DNA of 64,000 nucleotides. Source: an uncultured Planctomycetia bacterium. Its GTDB lineage: Bacteria > Omnitrophota > Gorgyraeia > 2-02-FULL-51-18. Of this stretch, positions 55,634 through 64,000 are shown piece by piece. Numbering within the stretch: the first letter of the stretch is position 1; every line of letters starts with the position of its first letter. The stretch is taken from positions 130,481-194,480 of the forward strand of contig CAZSGP010000003.1 in the NCBI GenBank assembly GCA_964606485.1, read 5' to 3'. The translations under genes were made by a program, and so were the position numbers. The notes beneath the pieces are model-generated. The model was not told where the DNA came from. It saw only the letters and a program-made list of their open reading frames with translations, and did not search any database.

Positions 55634-56581
55634 TTATCCGCGTCCGCGGACTTTTCTTTCTATGAAATCAGCAACCTGAAGTTCAGGTTTGGTGTGGTTA
55701 AAATGATGAATCTCAGGAATTCCGGCAGGACTTGTCACATTAATTTCAGTGAGATAACCACCAATCACATCAATCCCAGTAAACCAAAGCCCGTTTTTTT
55801 GAAGCTCGGGCGTAATCGCTTTGACGAGTTGTTTTTCGCGGGGCGTAACATCGGCCGGATGCATCGAGCCGCCCAGGCTTAAATTTGCGCGAAATTCACC
55901 CTTGGCTGGTTTTCTTAAAAAAGCGCCTAAAATTTTTCCGTTTAAAATTAAAATTCGCTTATCTCCGTGAATAGCCGCCGACACAAAACGTTGAAGAATA
56001 ACACTTTTTTTGCCGCTAAGTGTGGCGCGTTCCAATAATTTTCCTGCACGCGGATTTTGCTTTGAGATCTCGATAATTCCAGCCCCACCTTTATTGTCCA
56101 GAGGCTTCACAACCATGTCAGAGCGTAAGACATTAAAGAAGCGTAAAGCGTCACCGGGATTGTTTGTCACAAGAGAGTCTGGCGCAAAACCGGGAAACCG
56201 GAGAACAAATGACTTCTCATTGCAAAGGGCGATGCCCGCTGGATCGTTGAGCACAAAAACCTTACTTTTCAGCGTTTCCAGGGCTTGGAGGCTGTAGAGA
56301 TATTCGGTGCCAAAAGGGGGCTCCTTTCGAATAAATAGGCAGTCTAGAGTCTCCAAATCGGTGTTTTTTGAGCTCTTGGGGGAGGGGAGGTAGCCTTTTT
56401 GGGGGTCTAGGCAGGCAGGGGTGAGTCTAGCGCTAATCCGCCCATTTTGACTAGAAAGATCCGCGCTTTCAAAATAACTCACGGAATGCCCGCGCCTTTG
56501 AAGCTCGAGCATGATCCAAAATGAGCTATCTTCATCCACTTTGACGCGAGCGGTTGGGTAGAGCAAAAAGGCTATTTTCAT
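55634..56581 (-). CDS. gshB: Glutathione synthetase (prokaryotic ATP-grasp GshB)
   Basis: Collinear with E. coli GshB: 'DSSF..LE.QRRG', 'RK.PPF.TE..Y', 'CNEK', 'KPLDG.GG', 'DKRVL', 'LTEINVTSP'. Confidence 0.8.
   Translation of the reverse strand: MKIAFLLYPTARVKVDEDSSFWIMLELQRRGHSVSYFESADLSSQNGRISARLTPACLDPQKGYLPSPKSSKNTDLETLDCLFIRKEPPFGTEYLYSLQALETLKSKVFVLNDPAGIALCNEKSFVLRFPGFAPDSLVTNNPGDALRFFNVLRSDMVVKPLDNKGGAGIIEISKQNPRAGKLLERATLSGKKSVILQRFVSAAIHGDKRILILNGKILGAFLRKPAKGEFRANLSLGGSMHPADVTPREKQLVKAITPELQKNGLWFTGIDVIGGYLTEINVTSPAGIPEIHHFNHTKPELQVADFIERKVRGRG
55646..55670. terminator. Putative bidirectional terminator between convergent genes
   Basis: Palindrome GTCCGCGGAC followed by TTTTCTTT. 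Weak. Confidence 0.35.
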
Positions 56582-56603
56582 AAGGTTCTGATATTATAGC
56601 ACC

Positions 56604-57893
56604 ATGTTGCGACACGAGGATTTGATTGATTACTTCCGAAAAGGCGAAAAGCCCCGCAAAGACTTTAAAGTGGGTGTTGAGTGGGAAAAAGTCGGCGTTT
56701 ACCGTGAAAATTTCAAAGCAATTTCTTATTCCGGACCGCGCGGCGTCGAAACCATTTTAAAAGCGCTGGTTCGTAAATTTAACTGGAAGCCAGTGCTAAA
56801 CGATGGGCGCATCATCGCCCTAAAACGCGGCAAAGCGTCCATTACGCTCGAACCCGGCGGACAAATCGAGCTAAGCGGTCAACCAGCCAAGCATTTAGAT
56901 GACAATATTTGCGAGCTCTGCTGCCATCTCAACGAAATCCGATCCATCTCCGAGCCCATGGGAATTATTTGGCTAGGTCTCGGATTGCAGCCCGTGAGCG
57001 GTCTTAAGGATATCGAATGGGTTCCCAAAAAACGCTACCGAGTCATGCGAGAACTTCTAAAAGATAAGGGCGAGCTCACCTTTTGGATGATGAAAAAAAC
57101 AGCTTCGATTCAAGTTTCGGTGGATTATGCGAACGAAAAAGACGCCATGGAAAAATTAAGGCTAGGGATGGCATTGTCACCGGTTTTTTCGTCACTATTT
57201 GCCAATTCACCGATTGAGCGCGGAAAGCCAAGTGGATTTTTGTCAAAACGCACAGACATTTGGATTCATACCGACCCATCACGCACTGGAATCATCCCGG
57301 CTATTTTCAAATCAGATGCAAGCTACGAAGACTACGCGGAGTTCGCGTTATCAGCGCCAATGCTTTTTATTGAGCGCGGGGGAAATTGGATTGCCGTTAA
57401 AAATTTAAATTTTAGAGAGTACGTGAAGAGGGGTTATAGGGGTTTGACGGCTACGTTAGCGGATTGGGAGCTGCATCTGTCTGGAATTTTTACGGATTGC
57501 CGATTAAAACAGTACATTGAAATCCGGTCCATCGACTGCCAGACAACGCCGCTCGCATTTTCAGCGCCGGCCCTAATCAAAGGAATTTTTTATAATGACA
57601 GCTCGCGGAAGAAGGCGTGGGATCTGGTTTTCGGACTTTCCTTGGGTGAGCTATCCAGGCTTCGATTGCAAGGGGCCCGATCAGGTTTGCGTGCGAAAGT
57701 AGGCAGGCACAATGTTCAAAAGGTTGCCGAGAAATTGATCCAACTTTCTAGAAACGGTCTTTTGAGTGGCGAGCAAAAATACCTGCAGCCGCTTGAGGAG
57801 ATACTATTTGAAAAAAAGAAGACTCCAGCCGATTCGGTCTTAAAGAATTTTCAAAAAAACGGACTTTGCAGTCTTCAGCTTCTGAGTTTGTAG
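56604..57893 (+). CDS. Glutamate--cysteine ligase, GCS2/plant-type family
   Basis: ~430-aa carboxylate-amine ligase. It is divergently paired with gshB. Confidence 0.6.
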   Translation: MLRHEDLIDYFRKGEKPRKDFKVGVEWEKVGVYRENFKAISYSGPRGVETILKALVRKFNWKPVLNDGRIIALKRGKASITLEPGGQIELSGQPAKHLDDNICELCCHLNEIRSISEPMGIIWLGLGLQPVSGLKDIEWVPKKRYRVMRELLKDKGELTFWMMKKTASIQVSVDYANEKDAMEKLRLGMALSPVFSSLFANSPIERGKPSGFLSKRTDIWIHTDPSRTGIIPAIFKSDASYEDYAEFALSAPMLFIERGGNWIAVKNLNFREYVKRGYRGLTATLADWELHLSGIFTDCRLKQYIEIRSIDCQTTPLAFSAPALIKGIFYNDSSRKKAWDLVFGLSLGELSRLRLQGARSGLRAKVGRHNVQKVAEKLIQLSRNGLLSGEQKYLQPLEEILFEKKKTPADSVLKNFQKNGLCSLQLLSL

Positions 57894-58648
57894 CCGATTC
57901 TAAACAAGTGCTCAACCGTTAGAAAAAGAGCTACCGCCAAGACGAAGGCGAGAACCATTCCGATCCAAACCGGAACGTCGGTAACACCGATCATTCCATA
58001 CCGCAAACCACTCACGAGATAAAAAATGGGGTTGAGTCGCGTAATGAATTGAAGTGGCGCCGGAACCATTGAGATCCCATGAAAAACACCGCCAAAATAA
58101 ATCAGTGGGGTCAACACGAACGTTCCCCAGACAGAGAGCTTCTCGAACCCTTCCGCCCACAAACCCACAATGAGGCCTAAGCAGGAAAAAATAATCGTCA
58201 CAAATATAAAAAAATACGCCACTATGAAAAAATTATGAAATGCAAACTGTGTAAAAAGAAGTGAGACACCGTAAACGCCCGTCGCCACGATTAGTCCGCG
58301 CGTCATGCTTCCAATGAGAAGTGCTAGCACCATTTCGAAATACGAAAGAGGGGACAAGAGAAGTTCTTGGATCATATTGTGCCAACGGGACATAAAAAGT
58401 GATGAGGAAGCGTTGGTGTAGGAGCTTTCAATCAAGTGCATCATCACAAGCCCCGGCACTAAAAACTCCAAGTAGCCCACGCCGTGAATCGAAACATTTA
58501 AATTACGCCCAACCGAATAACCGAACACAAAAATAAACAATGTCGAAGAGACGAGCGGCGGCAAAATAGTTTGCGTGAACACCACAAAATAGCGCAAAAT
58601 TTCGCGGCGGACTAGAGTTCTGAAGCCAATGAGCTTATTCACGGGCAT
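57875..58648 (-). CDS. ABC-2 type transporter permease
   Basis: Six transmembrane helices. It overlaps the upstream ATPase gene. Confidence 0.75.
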   Translation of the reverse strand: MPVNKLIGFRTLVRREILRYFVVFTQTILPPLVSSTLFIFVFGYSVGRNLNVSIHGVGYLEFLVPGLVMMHLIESSYTNASSSLFMSRWHNMIQELLLSPLSYFEMVLALLIGSMTRGLIVATGVYGVSLLFTQFAFHNFFIVAYFFIFVTIIFSCLGLIVGLWAEGFEKLSVWGTFVLTPLIYFGGVFHGISMVPAPLQFITRLNPIFYLVSGLRYGMIGVTDVPVWIGMVLAFVLAVALFLTVEHLFRIGYKLRS

Positions 58649-59402
58649 CCGTCTCCCGGGTAAGCTCTAAAAATTTTTGCTCGAGCGTTTTATCTCCCAC
58701 CAGAGTTTGTTTGTCGCCGTTGTGGACGATTTTTCCTTTATTCAAAATAATCACGTTTTTAGCGAGTGTTTCAGCCTCTTCCATGTAGTGCGTGGTGAGA
58801 ACGATGGTTTTTCCCTCAGCGTTCACTTGTTTTAAGTGGTCCCAGATGTGATGCTTAAGCTCGACGTCCGCTCCGGCCGTCGGCTCATCCAAAATTAAAA
58901 TTTTGGGATCGTGTGCGAGTGCGCGGCAAATAAGAAGCCTACGCTTCATGCCTCCTGATAATTTTCGGAAGTCCGTGCTTCTTTTTTCATAAAGCCGGAA
59001 ACGTTTGAGCAGTATTTCAGACCGTTTAATTGCTTCGGCGCGGGGCACACCAAAGTAACCGGCTTGATAGACCAGAATCTGCTCGATCGATAAAAAGGGG
59101 TCAAAATTAAATTCCTGAGGGCACAAACCAATGAGTCGGCGCGTTTGGCGGTAGTCACGAACGACGTCCATTCCAAAAACACGAACGCTTCCGCGAGCTT
59201 CAAAATTACAAAGACCTGTGATCGAGCCGATCGTCGTGGTTTTGCCAGCGCCATTGGGCCCCAGAAACGCCAGAAAATCGCCTTGCTTCACGCCAAAACT
59301 AATGTCATTTAGCGCCTGAAAGCCCTTATAGAATTTCGAAAGATTTTGTACGGTGATTGCGTCCACTGGATCTCCAAATAGTCGTGCTATAATACCGCGC
59401 AT
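58635..59402 (-). CDS. ABC transporter ATP-binding protein
   Basis: Walker A 'GPNGAGKTTT', signature 'LSGGMKRRL', Walker B 'ILDEPTAGAD'. The start is trimmed to 'MRGIIARLF'. Confidence 0.8.
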   Translation of the reverse strand: MRGIIARLFGDPVDAITVQNLSKFYKGFQALNDISFGVKQGDFLAFLGPNGAGKTTTIGSITGLCNFEARGSVRVFGMDVVRDYRQTRRLIGLCPQEFNFDPFLSIEQILVYQAGYFGVPRAEAIKRSEILLKRFRLYEKRSTDFRKLSGGMKRRLLICRALAHDPKILILDEPTAGADVELKHHIWDHLKQVNAEGKTIVLTTHYMEEAETLAKNVIILNKGKIVHNGDKQTLVGDKTLEQKFLELTRETDARE

Positions 59403-60012
59403 GTCGAAGCCAATAAAAGCGATATTATTCGATCTCGGTAAAGTCATTGTTGATTTTGACTTTACACCCGCATTTTCCAGACTTTCGCGGCACTGCGCGC
59501 TCAAACCCCATGAAATCAGTGATTACTTTACAAAATCTGGGCTTGAAGTGCTTTATGACGGGGGCAAAATTTCCTCGAAAGAATTTCACAGAGTGGTCAA
59601 AAAGTCACTCGGCCATTCACTGGATTACGACGGTTTTAAAAAAATTTGGAACGAAATTTTTAAGGCAAATGCGGAAACCGTTCGTCTCATTCAAAAACTT
59701 AAAAAAAATTACAGGCTGGTGCTTTTGTCGAACACGAACGCCATGCATTTTGAGTATATCCTTAAAAAATATAAAATTTTGGGAGCATTCGACGCGCACA
59801 TTCTTTCTTACAAAGAAAAACTGCGCAAACCCGATGAACGGCTGTACCGGATCGCGAGCCGCGCCTGCAAAGCTAAGCCTCATGAAATTTTATACATTGA
59901 CGACCGGGAAGATCTGACTGAGGCAGCCCGTGATCTGGGGTTTCACACACACACTTTTAAAAAAGACTACCCAAAACTTCGTTCTAAAATGAAAGCGCTA
60001 AAAATCATATGA
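59401..60012 (+). CDS. HAD-superfamily hydrolase
   Basis: 'AILFDLGKVIVDFD' motif I-like and 'LLSNTN' / 'YIDDRE' motifs. Confidence 0.6.
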   Translation: MSKPIKAILFDLGKVIVDFDFTPAFSRLSRHCALKPHEISDYFTKSGLEVLYDGGKISSKEFHRVVKKSLGHSLDYDGFKKIWNEIFKANAETVRLIQKLKKNYRLVLLSNTNAMHFEYILKKYKILGAFDAHILSYKEKLRKPDERLYRIASRACKAKPHEILYIDDREDLTEAARDLGFHTHTFKKDYPKLRSKMKALKII

Positions 60013-60827
60013 AATCAAACGCTCTGATTCTCAAAACCGCAATCAACGCCGCTGAAAAAGCTGGAAAAATTCTGATGGCGTCTTATGGAAAATTAAAAAC
60101 CTCCGAAATTAGCTCGAAGTCGAAGAATGATTTTGTGACGGTTGTTGACAAAAAATCTGAAGAAACGGTGATCCGGACCATTCAAAGAGTGTTTCCATCG
60201 CATGGAATTAAGGGCGAAGAAGGCGGGAGCAGTAAAGGTGATGGCACGACCTGGATCATTGACCCGCTCGACGGAACCTCTAACTACATTCATCAGTTTC
60301 CGATGTTTTCAGTTTCGATTGGCGTGGTTCAAGATGGGCGCTTGATTGCAGGGGTCGTGTACGATCCGCTGCACAAGGAAATGTTCACCGCGCTTCGTAA
60401 CCAGGGCGCTTATTTAAATAAAAAGCGAATCCACGTCACGAAAGTTCCACAGCTTGCGGACGCCCTGATGGCCACCGGAATTCCGTTTCGCGCCCGCGCT
60501 CGTTTTTCGGAATACATTAAAAGCTTAGAAATCATCTCACTTTCGAGTGCCGGTATGCGACGTGGCGGGTCGGCGGCGCTAGATCTAGCCTATGTGGCTT
60601 GCGGGCGCTTTGACGGTTTCTGGGAATTGGATCTGTCACCGTGGGATATTGCAGCGGGTGTCTGTCTCATTGAAGAAGCGGGTGGGAAAGTCACCGATAT
60701 GTGGAACCGGTCCGATTATCTAAAAAACGGCGATGTGCTGGGCTCCAACACTTTGATCCATGCTGAGCTATTAAAAATTACCTCCAAAACATTTACCCCG
60801 ACAACCGTGGACAAACTGTGTCTCTAG
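60009..60827 (+). CDS. Inositol monophosphatase family (SuhB-like)
   Basis: 'WIIDPLDGTSNYIHQFP' and 'WDIAAG'. Confidence 0.85.
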   Translation: MKSNALILKTAINAAEKAGKILMASYGKLKTSEISSKSKNDFVTVVDKKSEETVIRTIQRVFPSHGIKGEEGGSSKGDGTTWIIDPLDGTSNYIHQFPMFSVSIGVVQDGRLIAGVVYDPLHKEMFTALRNQGAYLNKKRIHVTKVPQLADALMATGIPFRARARFSEYIKSLEIISLSSAGMRRGGSAALDLAYVACGRFDGFWELDLSPWDIAAGVCLIEEAGGKVTDMWNRSDYLKNGDVLGSNTLIHAELLKITSKTFTPTTVDKLCL

Positions 60828-61261
60828 TTCTAGAAGACGACCGCATGTGTTATGTGTGCGGCGAAAAAAATCCCAAAGGACTTAAGCTAAAATTCGAACA
60901 TCCAAAGCCGGGTCTTTTGAAAGCCGTGGTCGTTTTCCAGAAAGAACACCAGGGTTATAACGGGGTCGTTCATGGCGGGATGATGGCGATGGTTTTAGAC
61001 GAAATGATGGTGAACTTGGCCTGGACCGAGGGTATTCCGACAGTCACAGGAGAGCTCATCACCCGCTTTAAAAAACCCGCCAAAATTGGCCAAAAGATCC
61101 ATTTTGAGGGTGTTTTAGACGCTTCCAAGCGAAAGGGGAGGGTTGTTTACGCTTCCGCCTCTGCAAAAACGGAATCCGGCGTGCTTCTAGCGAGCGCCAC
61201 AGCCACCTGCATCCAAATCACGCTTCATGAAAATATTGATCAAAAAAAGGATAGGAGATAA
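60818..61261 (+). CDS. PaaI-family (hotdog) thioesterase
   Basis: 'HGGMMAMVLDEMM' plus an N-terminal Cys pair. Start is GTG 60818 or ATG 60845. Confidence 0.7.
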   Translation: MSLVLEDDRMCYVCGEKNPKGLKLKFEHPKPGLLKAVVVFQKEHQGYNGVVHGGMMAMVLDEMMVNLAWTEGIPTVTGELITRFKKPAKIGQKIHFEGVLDASKRKGRVVYASASAKTESGVLLASATATCIQITLHENIDQKKDRR

Positions 61262-61270
61262 ACTAAAGCC

Positions 61271-61450
61271 ATGCCTTATATCAATCTGAAAGTCGTTGGA
61301 AAGCTCACCCGAGAACAAAAGCTGATCATCGCCAAAGAGTTCTCGGAAACGCTTGAACGCGTTGCCAACAAACCCAAGGATCACACTTATCTCGTGTTTG
61401 ATGAGGTAAACGGTGAAAATTGGGCTAAAGGCGAAAAGCTTTTTAGTTAA
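61271..61450 (+). CDS. 4-oxalocrotonate tautomerase-family protein
   Basis: 59 aa with Pro1: 'MPYINLKVVGKLTREQKLIIAKEFSETLERV'. Not in the ORF track. Confidence 0.75.
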   Translation: MPYINLKVVGKLTREQKLIIAKEFSETLERVANKPKDHTYLVFDEVNGENWAKGEKLFS

Positions 61451-61456
61451 ATTCTT

Positions 61457-61852
61457 ATGCCTATCGAAAAACAGCTTTCGGTTTTCATGGAAAACAAGCC
61501 CGGAAGATTGTCCGGTATTTGCAACACGCTCGCCGATAACTCTATCAACATTCATGCCATGTCCGTTCATGACACCGTTGACCACGCCATTGTAAGGCTA
61601 ATGGTAGACAATCCGAACAAGGCGCTCGTTATTCTCGAAGAAGAAGGTTTGTATATCGTTCCGCAGGATGTGGTTGTGCTTGAAACTGAAAATAAACCGG
61701 GCATTATTGCCGATATCGCCAAAAAACTATTTCGTGCGGACATCAACATTGAATACGCCTATTGCACCGCCACCAAAAATCAAGAGCTTGGCTGTGTTGT
61801 AATTAAAACTCGAGACCCCGAACAGACCCAGGAAATACTTGAAGCATTTTAA
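61457..61852 (+). CDS. Tandem ACT-domain protein
   Basis: Two ~60-aa ACT-like units ('RLSGICNTLADNSINIHAMSV', 'GIIADIAKKLFRADINIEYAY'). Confidence 0.55.
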   Translation: MPIEKQLSVFMENKPGRLSGICNTLADNSINIHAMSVHDTVDHAIVRLMVDNPNKALVILEEEGLYIVPQDVVVLETENKPGIIADIAKKLFRADINIEYAYCTATKNQELGCVVIKTRDPEQTQEILEAF

Positions 61853-62507
61853 GAGTTTTTTATTTTTCTACCTCGCCTTATTTTTCATCAGCTCAAATGC
61901 ATTTGCGGCACTCGAACGGCAGACCACTAGTGTTTCCGAAGTTCTCTCTGGTGACACCGTTCGTTTAAAAGGCGGTAAAACGCTTCGCTATACCGGTGTT
62001 AAAGCGCCACCCCTTCAAGATATCATTCCGCTTCTTCGGGAATACGGAAAAAATTCTTTGGAATTCAATAAGAAATTGGTCGAGGGAAAAACAATTACAA
62101 TTGAATGGGGAAATCAGATCAAAGACGCGCAGGGGAATCTCCTGGGATTTGTTTTTCTGGAGGACGGGACCTTTGTGAATGAATTAATTCTAAAAGAGGG
62201 TCAAGCGAAGTGGCGCAATGCCGTACCCAATACCCGATACGCCGAGGAACTCGAGAAAGCAGAGCTCTCCGCGAGGCGTTCTAAAAAAGGCTTGTGGGAA
62301 AAAGAGGCAAAAAATCCGTATCTCGAAAGCGCCTTTTTGGGTGAAAAAAGCACTCATATTTATCACAAACCTTCCTGTGTAAAACTAGAAAATATCCCCG
62401 AATCGAGCCTCGTAAAATTTGATTCGCGCGTAGAAGCTAAGGCTGCCGGGTTTTCGCCTTGCGCCTTTTGTAAGGGTAGCTCACAAAACCAGGAAGACGT
62501 TTTTTAG
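61839..62507 (+). CDS. Secreted SNase-like nuclease fused to an Ada-type Zn-binding C-terminal domain
   Basis: Signal peptide and an SNase region ('SGDTVRLKGG...RYTGVKAP'). The C-terminus 'YHKPSCVKLENIPESSLVKFDSRVEAKAAGFSPCAFC' matches the Ada_Zn_binding pattern. Confidence 0.6.
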   Translation: MKHFKSFLFFYLALFFISSNAFAALERQTTSVSEVLSGDTVRLKGGKTLRYTGVKAPPLQDIIPLLREYGKNSLEFNKKLVEGKTITIEWGNQIKDAQGNLLGFVFLEDGTFVNELILKEGQAKWRNAVPNTRYAEELEKAELSARRSKKGLWEKEAKNPYLESAFLGEKSTHIYHKPSCVKLENIPESSLVKFDSRVEAKAAGFSPCAFCKGSSQNQEDVF

Positions 62508-62599
62508 CTTGACGATAAAGGCCTTTTCTATTTTAATTTAAGGGTTGGCAGTTTGTTGCAAGCGTTAACAAAAGTAAGCAATGAGGAGATAGTGTCAGC

Positions 62600-62803
62600 A
62601 TGGCTAAAGGCGTTGTGAAATGGTTTAGCAATCAAAAAGGTTATGGATTTATTACTCCCGACGGCGGAGGAAAAGATGTGTTTGTCCACCATTCCGCCAT
62701 CTTAGGCGATGGGTACAAGACCCTAGACGAAGGGCAAAGCGTGGAATTTGAAGTCTCTCAAGGTCCCAAAGGGGAACAGGCTTCCAGCGTCCGCAAATTA
62801 TAA
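62600..62803 (+). CDS. cspA: Cold-shock protein (CspA family)
   Basis: '[31 protein letters not shown]' carries the RNP1 and RNP2 motifs. Confidence 0.95.
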   Translation: MAKGVVKWFSNQKGYGFITPDGGGKDVFVHHSAILGDGYKTLDEGQSVEFEVSQGPKGEQASSVRKL

Positions 62804-62824
62804 AAGCCGATAGCTTTGTTATCA

Positions 62825-62863
62825 CCCCCGGAGTCCTATAAACGATTCCGGGGGTTTTTATTT
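62825..62863 (+). terminator. Rho-independent terminator after csp
   Basis: Stem CCCCCGGA/TCCGGGGG followed by a T-run. Confidence 0.8.
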
Positions 62864-62935
62864 GTCCAATCCCTTGAAAACGCAGTTTGTTATGGTATAC
62901 TCGCATTCACATTTGAAATTTAAGGAGCCTTAAGC

Positions 62936-63307
62936 ATGAGCGCTGAACGCAGAGAGTTTTTGAGATTGAACTTTAAGCAGCCTATTGAGTATAAGAAAAT
63001 TGCAGCAAACTCAGGAGCTGGTCTAGCCATCTCTAAAAATATCAGCGAATCAGGCATTTTGTTTAGCACGCCAACAAATCCACCAGACCTTTCAAGTATC
63101 GTGTTAATGGATTTGGACTACCGGACAGTTTCTATCTGTAAAGAGATTGAAAAAAGAGCGCTGATTTTCAATAACTCCGTGGTCGGGCGTGTGGTTCGAG
63201 TGGAAGAAAACCCAGAAAAGAACCAAACCTACGACATCGGCGTTTGCTTTGTAACTCAAGATCAAGCCGATACTCGAGACATCCAGCAAGCCCTGATCAA
63301 AGCCTAA
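62936..63307 (+). CDS. Stand-alone PilZ-domain protein
   Basis: The 'RREFLR' and 'NISESGILF' motifs (RxxxR ... D/NxSxxG) suggest c-di-GMP binding. Confidence 0.5.
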   Translation: MSAERREFLRLNFKQPIEYKKIAANSGAGLAISKNISESGILFSTPTNPPDLSSIVLMDLDYRTVSICKEIEKRALIFNNSVVGRVVRVEENPEKNQTYDIGVCFVTQDQADTRDIQQALIKA

Positions 63308-63496
63308 TAACCGTTTTTTTAACCCCTAGGACGGCTATCCCCATTCTTAATGTTATATAATGTATATTATGTTAAGTAACTAATGGGGCGACTATTTGAG
63401 CTTACTAGTATTTTGAAGGATTCGCAAATCTGGATTAATCAATAAGAAACCCTCGGAGAATTTCTTCCCCGAGGGTTCTTGGTTTGAATCTAGTTC

Positions 63497-64000
63497 TTAG
63501 AAAGTAACCGTTACTCTGGAGACGTACTCAGAGGCGGTGTCGTTATTCGGGTCATTGTAAAAATCACCCGGAATAAACCAGTTAGCCATAAAGCTAAAGG
63601 TCACGTCTTCTGTGTAAGCATACGTGATTTGTGTGTCAATTTCGTCACCCAAATCATCAGACAAGAAGCTCGTGGTGTTATTTGCAGGGGTTGTATGTAC
63701 CTCTTCATCGTTCCAGAAGTGATAATACGCTCCCCACAGCGTCAGGTCTTCCATGGGCTTCAAGGTTCCATAGAGGCTGACATGCTGCTGGTTCTGACCC
63801 GCAGGCTGATTTAGGCCATCGGCAGTGTCATAGGTAATTTCCTGATAATCGCGAATCCAGCCATAGGTCGGTGATCTAAAAAACCCGTTCCAGGCCTGGT
63901 AATCGTTCGTCGTTGAAGCATTTTGGTTGCCTTCACCCGACAAATAAACATACTGCAAGCCAACCATAGGCTTCCAGACGTTATCGAAGCGGTATTCGCC
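63497..64000 (-). CDS. Outer-membrane beta-barrel protein, C-terminal part (the gene continues beyond the window end)
   Basis: Alternating amphipathic beta-strands and a C-terminal '...VTVTF' with terminal Phe. The 5' end is outside the window. Confidence 0.55.
   Translation of the reverse strand, partial: GEYRFDNVWKPMVGLQYVYLSGEGNQNASTTNDYQAWNGFFRSPTYGWIRDYQEITYDTADGLNQPAGQNQQHVSLYGTLKPMEDLTLWGAYYHFWNDEEVHTTPANNTTSFLSDDLGDEIDTQITYAYTEDVTFSFMANWFIPGDFYNDPNNDTASEYVSRVTVTF

Overview
This is a 64-kb stretch of a bacterial chromosome at roughly 50% GC. Genes are densely packed and mostly on the + strand. I cannot assign a lineage from sequence alone.

The window has three parts.

(1) Positions ~1..10350 form an accessory, hypervariable island. 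A rhodanese gene and a secreted PKD-repeat protein come first. From ~1980 to ~8560 there is a mosaic of at least four families of long intergenic repeats (A, B, C, D below) surrounding small cassette-like genes. These include an SRPBCC protein, mscL, a superinfection-immunity-like peptide, a cupin, Phd/RelE, an ORF6N/KilA-N protein, three unknown proteins and HigB/HigA. After that come a secreted single-HKD PLD-like protein and a GC-rich non-coding element bounded by 17-bp inverted repeats. No integrase or transposase is present in the window. This island is the best candidate for an undescribed system: an integron-like or CALIN-like repeat-bounded cassette array carrying unknown payloads.

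(2) Positions ~10350..33840 are housekeeping operons. They include a GuaB3-like IMPDH-family protein, fhs, two pseudouridine synthases, a soluble acyl-ACP desaturase, fchA-like, folD, a Pat-like ACS-GNAT protein and panB. Next is a heme operon (hemX-like, hemA, hemC, cobA/hemD, hemB, hemL). It is interrupted between hemC and cobA/hemD by a ~1.4-kb islet (CPBP protease plus two RelE/ParE toxin-antitoxin pairs) flanked by 32-33-bp direct repeats. ApbE-like, a polyprenyl synthase, tatA and mnmA follow.

(3) Positions ~33880..64000 contain a tRNA with anticodon CAT directly upstream of tilS, then rpsU and rmuC. A membrane protein plus a ParA-family ATPase fused to a CBM48 glycogen-binding module follows. 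There are also NUDIX, two SNase-like nucleases, a DUF151 nuclease, an exosortase-associated-like protein, a GAF protein, a UvrD-family helicase and an MFS transporter. A respiratory supercluster comes next: HEAT protein, Tat-Rieske, split cytochrome b, an octaheme cytochrome c, a cupredoxin, heme A and heme O synthases, and a ferredoxin. Divergent gshB and a plant-type GCL, an ABC-2 exporter, and small metabolic or regulatory genes (HAD, IMPase, PaaI, 4-OT tautomerase, ACT, cspA, PilZ) follow. The window ends inside an outer-membrane beta-barrel gene.

No rRNA genes, CRISPR arrays or recognisable transposases were found.
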